This document shows, piece by piece, positions 31,083 to 40,470 of a stretch of 64,000 bases of DNA. Within the stretch, counting starts at the first letter, position 1; each line of letters begins with the position of its first letter. This DNA is from Vicinamibacterales bacterium (GTDB taxonomy: Bacteria > Acidobacteriota > Vicinamibacteria > Vicinamibacterales > JAMQPK01). The stretch covers positions 1,155,148-1,219,147 of the forward strand of contig CAVXIR010000004.1 of assembly GCA_963761975.1 (NCBI GenBank), written 5' to 3'. The notes below the pieces were generated by a model. The model made no database searches, was not told where the DNA came from, and saw only the letters and a program-made list of their open reading frames with translations. A program made the position numbers and the translations under genes.

Positions 31083-32224
31083 ATGACCGAACACGCCTCG
31101 TCACTCTCAGACGGCGATCTGTTGTCACAGCTCAAACAAGTGTGTGCGCAGGAACGCCGAGCGTCGGCTCGACTGGTCGCGCTGTTGATGGAGGTCGACG
31201 CGCGGAAGCTCTACGCACAGCAGAGTTGCTCGTCGCTCTTCACATACTGTGTGCAGGTTCTCCATTTCTCGGAGCATGCGGCGTATCTGCGTATCGAAGC
31301 GGCACGGGCGGCTCGACGTTTTCCTACGATCCTCGATCGACTGTCTGATGGCACGCTCCATCTCACAGCTATCAGCCTGCTCGCGCCGCATCTGACGCCC
31401 GTAAATCACGGCGAGCTCTCGACGCTGCGCAGCACAAGAGCAAGCGCGAGGTGGAACAGTTGCTTGCGCGCGTGCGACCCCAACCTGATGCCGCGACCGT
31501 CGTGCGCAAACTGCCAGCACCGGGGACAGTCGTTGCTTCTCAATTTGGACTCGCAGTTGACACCGCCGAAGAGCCGCAACCGGGCGGTCGAGCCTCGAAA
31601 TCGGCGGCTGCCACTGCTCCGCTCGTGCGACTGCGACCGCCCGAGATCAAGCCGCTCGCGCCGGAACGTTTCAAGGTGCAGTTTACAGTCAGTCGTGACA
31701 CATACGACAAGCTTCGCCAAGCGCAGGATCTGCTGCGGCACACGATTCCGGATGGCGATCCCGCGGCGATTTTCGATCGCGCGTTAACGCTGCTGATCGC
31801 CGACCTGTCGAAGACCAAGTTCGCGGCCGCGGATCGTCCGCGAACCGGGCGCGAGACGAAGCGACGCTCACGATACGTGCCTGCCCAAGTCAGACGTGAA
31901 GTGTGGCGCCGCGATGACGGCCAGTGCGCGTTTCATGGGGATCGGGGACGCTGCTGCGAAACTGGCTTCCTCGAGTTCCACCACATCGTGCCTTACGCCA
32001 AAGGCGGCGCAACGACTAGCGAGAATCTGGAATTGCGTTGCCGTACACATAATGCGTACGAAGCCGAGCAGCAATTTCAGCGTCGGCCGCGGCCGTTGTT
32101 CGCGCGGGAAACCCGGACGACCTACAGAATCCGGCAGTCAGCTCGGTCCGGACCGAGCTGTACAAACACGTCCCGTTGTACGCAAGACAGCGCTTATAAT
32201 CCGGCTCGTTCCTGTCACTTATGA
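31083..32224 (+). pseudogene. DUF222-like HNH endonuclease, one frameshift (or an assembly indel)
   Basis: The frame of ORF 31062..31787 from ATG 31083 gives MTEHASSLSDGDLLSQLKQVCAQERRASARLVALLMEVDARKLY. ORF 31451..32224 gives KSKREVEQLLARV...RREVWRRDDGQCAF...LEFHHIVPYAKGGATTSENLELRCRTHNAYEA (HNH motif). The junction is near 31413-31424. The stop overlaps the next start (ATGA at 32221). Confidence 0.8.
32139..32160. repeat. Perfect 22-bp palindrome CAGCTCGGTCCGGACCGAGCTG (copy 2)
   Basis: Read directly from the sequence. It lies in the non-conserved tail after the HNH motif, 60 nt before the kinase start. Confidence 0.8.
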
Positions 32225-34881
32225 CCTTGGCGCCTGGCGCTCGTCTGGGGCCGTATGAAGTCGTCGCGCTAATCGGAAGCGGCGGAATGGGTGAGGTCTA
32301 TCGCGCACGCGATACGCGCTTGAAGCGCGACGTGGCGATCAAGATTCTGCCGGATGCGTTTGCAAACGATGCCGAGCGTCTCGCGCGGTTTCAGAGGGAA
32401 GCCGAGCTGCTGGCCACGCTCAATCACCCGAACATCGCACAGATTCATGGCATCGAAGATCGGGCGCTCGTTCTCGAGTTGGTTGATGGCCCGACGCTTG
32501 CCGATCGCATCGCACAAGGACCGATTCCGCTCGACGAAGCACTTCCGATCGCGCGCCAGATTACGGAGGCGCTCGAAGCAGCGCACGAACAGGGCATCAT
32601 TCACCGGGACTTGAAGCCGGCGAACATCAAGCTCACGGCAGATGGCAGAGTTAAAGTCCTCGATTTTGGTCTGGCGAAGGCGTTGGAACCATCGGCCCAA
32701 GGACAGACCTTTGCATCCGTCAGTGCGTTGTCTCAATCGCCAACGATCACCTCGCCTGCCGTGACTCTGGGAGGAGTCATCCTCGGCACCGCCGCGTACA
32801 TGAGCCCCGAGCAGACGCGTGGCAAGCCGGTCGACAAGCGAACCGACATCTGGGCATTCGGATGCGTGTTCTTCGAGATGCTGACCGCGAAGCGCGCCTT
32901 CGGCGGTGATGACGTGACGGACGTGCTCGCTGCGATCATCAAGGACGAACCTGATTGCACACTCGTGCCGATTGAAGTCCGACGGCTGCTGATTGCTTGC
33001 CTGCGGAAGGACCGGAACCGCCGTCTGCGAGACATCGCGGATGTGTGGGAACTGCAGGAATCTCCTGCACCAGTGAAAGCGCGCAACCGTTACGGCGTCG
33101 TTGCCGCAGCGTTGACCACGGTCGTGGCAGCAGTCCTTGCAGCCATATCCGTGTTCACAATGCGCAATAGTACGGCCGCCCTTCAACAAGTCAGCTTCGA
33201 AATCGCCCCGCCGCCAGAGAGCGCCATCAGCAGCTTCAGCGTGTCTCCAGACGGCAGTCACATCGGTTTTGTGACCCGCGAATCAAGCGGCAACATGCGG
33301 CTCTGGGTTCGATCGCTCGACAGTGTCGACACGCGAGCTTTGAATGCTCCTTCGCCCATAACCGGCCTGTTCTGGTCGTCAGACAGCCGGTTCATTGTCG
33401 TGGCATCTCGCGGTGAACTGACCAAAATCGAGACGTCTGGAGCTTCGGCACAGCTGCTCGCTCAAAGAGGTCCCAACGCGCTGCTTGGGACGCAGGCGTT
33501 CCGGGGAGGCGCCTGGCATTCAGCAGGCAACATCATTTTTTCCCGCGGCGGCTCAATCTGGCAGGTCCCGCAGAGTGGGGGCACGCCGATCGCCGTTACC
33601 TTGATACCCGACGACGTCGCTCGCGAGTATCACAGCTATCCGTCGTTTCTCCCGGATGGATATCGGTTCCTCTACTTCTGGGAATCTCCGGACGCCACAA
33701 GGGCCGGGATTTACATTGGAGATATCCGTCTGCCGCCCAAAGACCAGGACAGCACAAGGAGACTTGCTATCAATGCGCCTCCCGTATTTGTCGCGGGCGC
33801 TGGATCTCACATCGGTACACTCTTGTTCGCCCGGAACGGATCGCTGATGTCGCAGTCGTTCGACACTCAGAAGCTGACATTGATTGGCGAATCCGTACCA
33901 GTCGCCAACGATGTGACGGCGGCTGGTTCGCCGGCATACTCACTCTCGGCCAATGGTCTGCTTGCATTTCGTCGCGGCCCTGCGTTCACACAGGACGCAC
34001 GGCTGCTCTTCCATGATCGCGCTGGTAAGGTTGTCGGGCAGATTGGACCAACGGCTGACTATCGGAATGTCATGGTGTCCCCCGATGGCCGATTCATGAG
34101 CGTCGATGTGGCAGTATCCGGACAAACTGCGTACATCTGGGCCGGGTCGGTGGCGCGTGCCATTCTCAGCCGCCTCGTTCCGGGAGATGCTCCACAAATG
34201 GCGTCGGCTGTCTCTTCGGCTGGACAAGTGGCGTTCAGCTACTCAGCCAACCAGGCACTCGGCGACATCTACGTTGCATCGGTCAATGGAGCAAGCCCCC
34301 CAGAACTCTGGGTAGAGTCGGACGAACAAAAACACCCCAATCATTTCTCGTATGACGGGCGCTTTCTCATCTATGACTCGCACCATCCCACCCGACGTCA
34401 GGACCTCTGGATAATCTTCACGACCGGTACTCGCAAGCCGATCCCATTTCTCGTCACCGCCGCAGATGAAACGTTCGCTCAATTTTCACCAGATGGACGA
34501 TGGGTGGCCTACAGCTCGGATGAGTCCGGCCGGCGGGACGTCTACGTGCAGGGGTTCGCGCCAGACCGTCCGCCGGCGGCAGCGGTAGGCAAGTGGCAAA
34601 TCTCCAATGCCGGTGGTGATAAGCCCCGATGGAGCGCCAACGGCAATGAGTTGTTCTATCTCGCACCTGATGGGAAGCTGATGACGGTGCCTGTGAAACT
34701 GCGTCCACAGTTCGAACCGGGATTGCCCGTCGAGTTGTTTCAAACGCAAGCTGTCAGCTTTGCTCCTTACGACGTCATGCCCGATGGACGATTCCTGATC
34801 AACACGAGAGGAGGTGGCACTACGGAGACGCCTTCACCCATCGCGGTGACGGTGAACTGGCGCACTTCAGACAGCAAATAG
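32221..34881 (+). CDS. Ser/Thr protein kinase + TM segment + TolB-like (PD40) beta-propeller
   Basis: 886 aa. IGSGGMGEVYRARD, VAIKIL, HRDLKPANIK, DFGLAK, GTAAYMSPE, then SPDG-containing propeller repeats. Confidence 0.9.
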   Translation: MTLAPGARLGPYEVVALIGSGGMGEVYRARDTRLKRDVAIKILPDAFANDAERLARFQREAELLATLNHPNIAQIHGIEDRALVLELVDGPTLADRIAQGPIPLDEALPIARQITEALEAAHEQGIIHRDLKPANIKLTADGRVKVLDFGLAKALEPSAQGQTFASVSALSQSPTITSPAVTLGGVILGTAAYMSPEQTRGKPVDKRTDIWAFGCVFFEMLTAKRAFGGDDVTDVLAAIIKDEPDCTLVPIEVRRLLIACLRKDRNRRLRDIADVWELQESPAPVKARNRYGVVAAALTTVVAAVLAAISVFTMRNSTAALQQVSFEIAPPPESAISSFSVSPDGSHIGFVTRESSGNMRLWVRSLDSVDTRALNAPSPITGLFWSSDSRFIVVASRGELTKIETSGASAQLLAQRGPNALLGTQAFRGGAWHSAGNIIFSRGGSIWQVPQSGGTPIAVTLIPDDVAREYHSYPSFLPDGYRFLYFWESPDATRAGIYIGDIRLPPKDQDSTRRLAINAPPVFVAGAGSHIGTLLFARNGSLMSQSFDTQKLTLIGESVPVANDVTAAGSPAYSLSANGLLAFRRGPAFTQDARLLFHDRAGKVVGQIGPTADYRNVMVSPDGRFMSVDVAVSGQTAYIWAGSVARAILSRLVPGDAPQMASAVSSAGQVAFSYSANQALGDIYVASVNGASPPELWVESDEQKHPNHFSYDGRFLIYDSHHPTRRQDLWIIFTTGTRKPIPFLVTAADETFAQFSPDGRWVAYSSDESGRRDVYVQGFAPDRPPAAAVGKWQISNAGGDKPRWSANGNELFYLAPDGKLMTVPVKLRPQFEPGLPVELFQTQAVSFAPYDVMPDGRFLINTRGGGTTETPSPIAVTVNWRTSDSK

Positions 34882-34978
34882 GCCTGGCCCTGTTGTGCTC
34901 CCGACCAACCCAGTAGACAATAAGCTCATTCAGACTCCGTTCGCGCGCCAGCGCGCCAAGAGTAGCGGTGTGTTCAGG

Positions 34979-37189
34979 ATGAGAGAAGACAACCCGTTGT
35001 GCCGCCCTGGCATCGCGCTGCTCATCGCAGCCTGCCTGGTCGCGCCAACTTTTACCCAGCAACCCACCTTCAAAGTCAGCGTCAACGTCGTCGACGTCGA
35101 CGTCACGGTCAAGGACGCCCAGGGCAACTTCGTCACCGGTCTTGCCGCCGAAGACTTCGAAGTGTTCGAGGACGGCAAGCCGCAGGCGATTCAAACCTTC
35201 TCCTATATCGAGCTTCCAGGGCAGAGGCGAGAGTCCTTTGCCTTCGGCGGCCGGCCCGTGCCGAACGATGTCCGCTCGAACCGCGATGTCGAATCGGGGC
35301 GTGTCTACATCATCGTGCTCGACGATCTGAATGTGGCACCGCTTCGGACCGGCATCGTTCGACGCCACGCCCGCGATTTCATCCAACAGCATTTCGGTCC
35401 CCGCGATCTCGCGTCGGTGGTGGTCACGAGCGGACGCAAGGATGCCGCACAGGAATTCACGAACGATCCGGCGCTTCTGCTGCGCGCCATCGACAGCTTC
35501 TTCGGCCAGCGGCTGCAATCCGCCGAGGTCCAGCGCATCGACGACTACTACAACAACCAGCTGCTGGTCGGCCTCAACGACGCGGTGCCGAAGGACAACG
35601 ATCCGCAGCAGACGACGACCGTCGTCAACCCGATCACACGAAACCAGTCGTTCGATCCGAGCAACCTCGAGCGGGGCCAGCGCGCGGTCGGCGTCCTCAA
35701 TACCATCGAAAGTCTGTCGGAGTATCTCGAGGGCGTTCGCGGGCGCAGGAAAGCGCTCTTGTGGTTCAGCGAAGGTATCGATTACCCGATGGCCGAAGCG
35801 TTCAGCTCGCAGAGCGGAAGCGAGATTCTGCGGGCGACGCGCGACGCCGTCAACGCCGCGGCTCGCGCCAACGTCAACGTGTACGCCCTCGACCCGCGCG
35901 GGCTCATTGGGATGACGACCGACTTCGTCGAGTCGGGCCGCGCCGGCGGGCCAGACTACGCCGGAACCGACCCGACCAGACCCGCCGGCACGCCTTTCAG
36001 CGGCACGCAGGCGCTGCTCAGCGAGATGCGGCTCACCCAGGACAGCCTGCGCACGTTGGCCGACGGCACCGGCGGCTTTGCCGCGGTCGACACCAACTCG
36101 TTCGCTGAGGCCTTCACGCGCATCATCGACGCAAACAGCCGGTACTACCTGCTTGGCTATGCGCCGCCCGCGCATCCGCGCGACGGACGCTTCCATCGCA
36201 TCGAGGTGAGGGTCAAAAGGCCTGGCCTCACGGCAGCCGCCCGCCGCGGGTATCCCTCGTCGAGCGGCACGACCCGCGAAGAGCGCCGCATGGAGGCGCT
36301 CAACCGGTGGGCGCGCGACAGGCGCGCCGGTGGCGAGAACGACATGTCGACCGAGCTCCGCGCGGCGATCAACGGCGCCGTGCAACAGTCGGGGCTGACA
36401 CTCGCCGTGCAGGCCGTCGCGTTCAGAGGTGCATCCAAACAGGCCGACGTCGCGATTACAGTCGAGCTCGACGGCCGGCAGCTCGAGTTCGCGCCGCAAC
36501 CGAACGGTCTCCTCGCTGACAACATCGAGGTGTCGTACTTCGCGTTGAATGATGACGGAAGGCCGCAGCGCGGCACACGGGCCGCGTTGAATCTCGCCGT
36601 CAGGCCCGAAACATATCAAAAGATGAAAGCGCTCGGCGTACGGCTGAATTCGCGGACGCCGCTTGCGCCGGGCCGGTATCAGCTCCGGATCGGTGCGCGC
36701 GACCCTTTGACCGGCAAAGCCGGCACCGTCTTCACTGACCTCACCGTTCCGGCATTCAGCGACAAGCCCCTGATGATGAGCGGAGTGCTCGTGTCGTCGG
36801 CCGCGGCCCAGGCGGTGTTCACGCCCCAGCGCGATACGGTGGCGGAAAAACTGCTCGGCGCTCCCGCAACGACGCAGCGCGAATTTGCGCAGTCCGATAC
36901 GCTCACGTGGTTGTCGGAAATCTACGACAACTCCTCGTCCCGGCAGCCGCGCCGTATCGATGTGGCCGCCCGGCTGATATCTGAAGACGGCCGCGACGCC
37001 TTCGTCTCGCGCGATGTGCTCACAAACGGGGATGGGGCGACGGGATGGACGAGCTTCGGCTACACTGGCCGCATCCCGCTCAAGGACATCGCGCCAGGCC
37101 GGTATCTGTTGCGGATCGAAGCCCGGGAGCGCGCAAACAAGGACGAAGACGGCGTGCAGACCGCGCAGACCGTGCTTACAGTGAAGTAA
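34979..37189 (+). CDS. VWA domain-containing protein (acidobacterial VWFA-related, TIGR03436-like)
   Basis: In-frame ATG 34979 gives a signal peptide, then QQPTFKVSVNVVDVDVTVKDAQGNFVTGLAAEDFEVFEDGKPQ and RVYIIVLDDLN. Confidence 0.8.
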   Translation: MREDNPLCRPGIALLIAACLVAPTFTQQPTFKVSVNVVDVDVTVKDAQGNFVTGLAAEDFEVFEDGKPQAIQTFSYIELPGQRRESFAFGGRPVPNDVRSNRDVESGRVYIIVLDDLNVAPLRTGIVRRHARDFIQQHFGPRDLASVVVTSGRKDAAQEFTNDPALLLRAIDSFFGQRLQSAEVQRIDDYYNNQLLVGLNDAVPKDNDPQQTTTVVNPITRNQSFDPSNLERGQRAVGVLNTIESLSEYLEGVRGRRKALLWFSEGIDYPMAEAFSSQSGSEILRATRDAVNAAARANVNVYALDPRGLIGMTTDFVESGRAGGPDYAGTDPTRPAGTPFSGTQALLSEMRLTQDSLRTLADGTGGFAAVDTNSFAEAFTRIIDANSRYYLLGYAPPAHPRDGRFHRIEVRVKRPGLTAAARRGYPSSSGTTREERRMEALNRWARDRRAGGENDMSTELRAAINGAVQQSGLTLAVQAVAFRGASKQADVAITVELDGRQLEFAPQPNGLLADNIEVSYFALNDDGRPQRGTRAALNLAVRPETYQKMKALGVRLNSRTPLAPGRYQLRIGARDPLTGKAGTVFTDLTVPAFSDKPLMMSGVLVSSAAAQAVFTPQRDTVAEKLLGAPATTQREFAQSDTLTWLSEIYDNSSSRQPRRIDVAARLISEDGRDAFVSRDVLTNGDGATGWTSFGYTGRIPLKDIAPGRYLLRIEARERANKDEDGVQTAQTVLTVK

Positions 37190-37223
37190 GGAATGAGCGT
37201 TGAGGCTCAATAAAGAGGACGCT

Positions 37224-38240
37224 ATGACAAAGTCTCTGTACGCCGCCTGCGTGGCCGTGCTGATCATCGTGGGCGCCCAGGTCCCGTCAGAGGCGCAGCG
37301 CGGGCGGGGCGACGGCCCACCACGCCCGAACATGCTCGACGACAGCGACGTCACGCTGCGGCCGCCGTTCTCGAATTCGCCCGACCTTATCCCGAACCCC
37401 GCTGCGCCGCGCGGTACCATTCATCGGTTCATCATGAAGTCGGGCGACAGCAAGATCTACAAGGGGATTTCGCGTGAGAAGCCCGGCGAGGTCGTGCCGT
37501 ACGAGCGGCCTGTCGCCATCTACATTCCCGCGCAGTACGTCCCCGGCACCCCCGCCCCCTTCATCGTCGTGCAGGACGGCTACAACCCGAAGTACCACTA
37601 TTCGGTGCCGACGGCGCTCGACAATCTGATCCATCAGAAGAAGGTGCCGGTCATGCTTGCCGTGCTCGTGCAACACGGCGGCGGGGACGGCCCCGGCAGC
37701 CAACGCGGGCTCGAGTACGACACGGTGTCGGATAAATACTCGACGTTCATCGAGACCGAAGTCCTGCCCAAGATCGAGCGCGATTACAAGGTGCGGTTCA
37801 CGAAAGATCCGGAAGGGCGCGCGACGATGGGCGGCAGCTCGGGAGCCGCGTGCGCCCTGACGATGGCGTGGTTTCATCCCGAGCTGTATCGGAGAGTGCT
37901 GAGCTACTCGGGCACATTCGTCGATCAGGCGAGAGGGTCGAATCCCGAATATCCGTTTGGCGCGTGGGAGTACCACTCGACGCTGATTCCGAACACCGAA
38001 CGGAAGCCCCTCCGCATCTGGTTCCACGTCAGCGAGCTGGACAACGGCGCGACACGTGAGGAGTCGACTCACGGCAACTGGGTGCTGGCCAATCAACGCA
38101 TGTCCCAGGTGCTGAAGGCGAAGGGCTACCCGCACAAGTTCGTTTACGCAGAAGGCGCACGGCACACCGACGCAAACGTGGTGAACCAGACGCTGCCCGA
38201 TGCGCTGACGTGGTTGTGGCAAGGCTATACAGTGAAATGA
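37224..38240 (+). CDS. Exported esterase (esterase D / enterochelin-esterase-like alpha/beta hydrolase)
   Basis: ATG 37224 follows AAGAGGA, giving signal MTKSLYAACVAVLIIVGAQVPSEAQ. GxSxG nucleophile context MGGSSGAACAL. Confidence 0.7.
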   Translation: MTKSLYAACVAVLIIVGAQVPSEAQRGRGDGPPRPNMLDDSDVTLRPPFSNSPDLIPNPAAPRGTIHRFIMKSGDSKIYKGISREKPGEVVPYERPVAIYIPAQYVPGTPAPFIVVQDGYNPKYHYSVPTALDNLIHQKKVPVMLAVLVQHGGGDGPGSQRGLEYDTVSDKYSTFIETEVLPKIERDYKVRFTKDPEGRATMGGSSGAACALTMAWFHPELYRRVLSYSGTFVDQARGSNPEYPFGAWEYHSTLIPNTERKPLRIWFHVSELDNGATREESTHGNWVLANQRMSQVLKAKGYPHKFVYAEGARHTDANVVNQTLPDALTWLWQGYTVK

Positions 38241-38285
38241 TCCTGAATTGGTAGATTCGCAGAATTGGCGGATTGGGAGAATCTC

Positions 38286-40400
38286 ATGCGCATGCGATCT
38301 TTGACGTTGTCGCTCGTCGTAGTCTCGGTCGCCATGTCTGCGCTGATGTTCGCGCAGAGAGGCGTCACCAACGGTGAATGGCCGCACTGGGGCGGCGACC
38401 TCGGAAACACCAAGTACTCTCCGCTCGATCAAATCAACCGCGACAACGTGAAGAACCTGCGCATCGCCTGGCGATGGAAGTCCGAGAACTACGGCCCGCG
38501 GCCGCAGAACAACATGGAAGGGACGCCGCTGATGGTCGGCGGCGTGCTCTACGCGACCGCCGGTTTCCGTCCGAACGTCGTCGCGATTGACGGCGCGACG
38601 GGCGAGACACTGTGGAGCTACAGATTCGACGAGGGCCAGCGCGGCGATCGCGCGCCCCGCAGCGTGTCGCGCGGTGTCGCGCACTGGACCGACGGCAAGC
38701 AGTCGCGAATCATCCTGATCACACGTGGCTATCAACTGGTGTCGCTCGATGCCAAGACCGGCCTCCCCGATCCCGCATTCGGCAAGAACGGCGTCATCGA
38801 TCTGTATCAGGATTTCGATCAGCCTCCGCCAGGGGACGGCGTCATCAGCTCGACGTCGCCGGCCGTCGTCGTCAGGAACGTCATCGTGATCGGCGCCGCG
38901 ATGGTCGGAGGGACGGCGCCCCGATCGAAGGAAAACACGAAGGGCTACATTCGCGGCTTCGACGTACGGACCGGCAAGCGGCTGTGGACCTTTCACACGA
39001 TTCCGCAACCAGGAGAATTCGGCAACGACACCTGGCTGAACGACTCGTGGGCCTACACCGGGAACACCACCGTCTGGTCGCCGTTCTCTGCCGACGAAGA
39101 GCTCGGCTACGTGTATCTGCCGGTGGAATCGGCAACCGGCGACTATTACGGCGGTCATCGTCCTGGAAACAATCTGTTTGCAGGCAGTCTCGTCTGTGTC
39201 GATGCGCGGACCGGAAAGCGCGTGTGGCACCAGCAGCTCGTGCATCACGACATCTGGGATTACGACCTGGCGTCGCCGCCGACGCTGATCAACATCACGG
39301 TGAACGGCAAGCCGATCCGGGCTGTTGCGCAGGTCACGAAGTGGAGCTACCTGTTCGTTTTCGACCGTGTGAATGGAACGCCTGTCTGGCCGATCGAAGA
39401 GCGCAAAGTGGAAGCGGGCACGGTACCCGGCGAGTGGTATTCGCCGACGCAGCCGCACCCGACCAAACCAGCGCCGTACGATCGCCAGGGGGTGTCTGAG
39501 GCGGATCTCATCGATTTCACTCCCGAGCTGAATGCCGAAGCTCGCGCGATGATCAAGGACTACAAGATCGGCCCGCTCTACACGCCTCCAATCGTGGCAG
39601 GCACCGACGGGCTGCGAGGCACGCTGCAGATTCCGGCGGCGCAGGGGTCGGCGCTGTGGCAGGGGGCCGCATGGGATCCTGAAACGAACATGCTGTATGT
39701 CCCATCGGTGACCAACATGTCGACCAACGCGTTGCAGCCGGGTGGCGAGCGGTCAGACATGAACTTCATCGGTGGTGGTGGCGGTGGCGGCGGCGGACGT
39801 GGCGCGCCAGCTGCCGGCCGCGGTGCCCCACCGGCCGGTGGGCGGGGCGACACGGCGGCCGGTCCGCGGGGCGGCGGCGCGCCCGTGGATCCAGAGGCGG
39901 GCGGCGGTGGCGGCGGACGCGGACGTGGCGGCCCGGTGGTCGTCGGCCCAGGCGCCAGCCGCGGTCCGTGGGGCATGGGTCCGCAGGGACTGCCGTTAAT
40001 CAAACCGCCCTACGGAAGAATTACCGCGTACAACATGAACTCCGGCGACATCGTGTGGCAGGTTGCGAATGGCGACACCTACGACTGGATCAAGACGCAC
40101 CCGGCGCTGAAGGGTCTGACGATTCCGAAGACCGGCCGCGCGGATGAAGGCGGCATCGTCGTCACCAAGACGCTTGCGTTCGCTGGACAGGGCTGTGGGT
40201 TGTTCCGCGGCGGCGGCGGCGGCGGTCCGATGTTCTACGCATACGACAAGGCGACGGGCGCTGTGGTGCACGAACTGCAACTGCCGGCCAACACATGTGG
40301 CAATCCGATGACTTACATGGTCAACGGTAAGCAGTTCATCGTCGTGGCGGTGGGCGCGCAGAACTTCCCCGCTGAACTGGTGGCGCTGGCGCTTCCCTAG
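38286..40400 (+). CDS. Exported PQQ-dependent dehydrogenase (glucose/quinate-type propeller)
   Basis: ATG 38286 follows GGGAGA. Signal peptide, NVKNLRIAWRW, HHDIWDYDLASPP. Contains a Gly/Arg/Pro insert of about 65 aa (nt 39771-39972). Confidence 0.85.
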   Translation: MRMRSLTLSLVVVSVAMSALMFAQRGVTNGEWPHWGGDLGNTKYSPLDQINRDNVKNLRIAWRWKSENYGPRPQNNMEGTPLMVGGVLYATAGFRPNVVAIDGATGETLWSYRFDEGQRGDRAPRSVSRGVAHWTDGKQSRIILITRGYQLVSLDAKTGLPDPAFGKNGVIDLYQDFDQPPPGDGVISSTSPAVVVRNVIVIGAAMVGGTAPRSKENTKGYIRGFDVRTGKRLWTFHTIPQPGEFGNDTWLNDSWAYTGNTTVWSPFSADEELGYVYLPVESATGDYYGGHRPGNNLFAGSLVCVDARTGKRVWHQQLVHHDIWDYDLASPPTLINITVNGKPIRAVAQVTKWSYLFVFDRVNGTPVWPIEERKVEAGTVPGEWYSPTQPHPTKPAPYDRQGVSEADLIDFTPELNAEARAMIKDYKIGPLYTPPIVAGTDGLRGTLQIPAAQGSALWQGAAWDPETNMLYVPSVTNMSTNALQPGGERSDMNFIGGGGGGGGGRGAPAAGRGAPPAGGRGDTAAGPRGGGAPVDPEAGGGGGGRGRGGPVVVGPGASRGPWGMGPQGLPLIKPPYGRITAYNMNSGDIVWQVANGDTYDWIKTHPALKGLTIPKTGRADEGGIVVTKTLAFAGQGCGLFRGGGGGGPMFYAYDKATGAVVHELQLPANTCGNPMTYMVNGKQFIVVAVGAQNFPAELVALALP

Positions 40401-40420
40401 CTTGTAGCCGGTAGCTCGTA
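40401..40420. repeat. Left part of a GTAGCNN heptad palindromic array, split by the IS
   Basis: cttgtagccggtagctcgta begins directly after the TAG stop at 40398-40400. Confidence 0.7.
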
Positions 40421-40470
40421 GCGGTAATAATATACTTGACTGACCACGTGATTTCTGCCATGATTTACGC

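Noticed and set aside
30469-31094. Short ORFs between the MBL and HNH genes (30469..30858, 30521..30823, 30759..31094 and others)
   Set aside because: No family signature is present. The region is better explained as a decayed response-regulator tail plus the HNH upstream region.
37287-39458. 723-aa minus-strand ORF, with similar long ORFs at 34820..37420, 52463..54415, 60274..61671, 19644..20873, 22773..24002, 26496..27698 and 14794..16068
   Set aside because: All lie antisense to genes with clear family signatures. They are Arg/Ala/Gly/Pro-rich with no recognisable motifs. These are the stop-poor shadow frames expected in GC-rich DNA.
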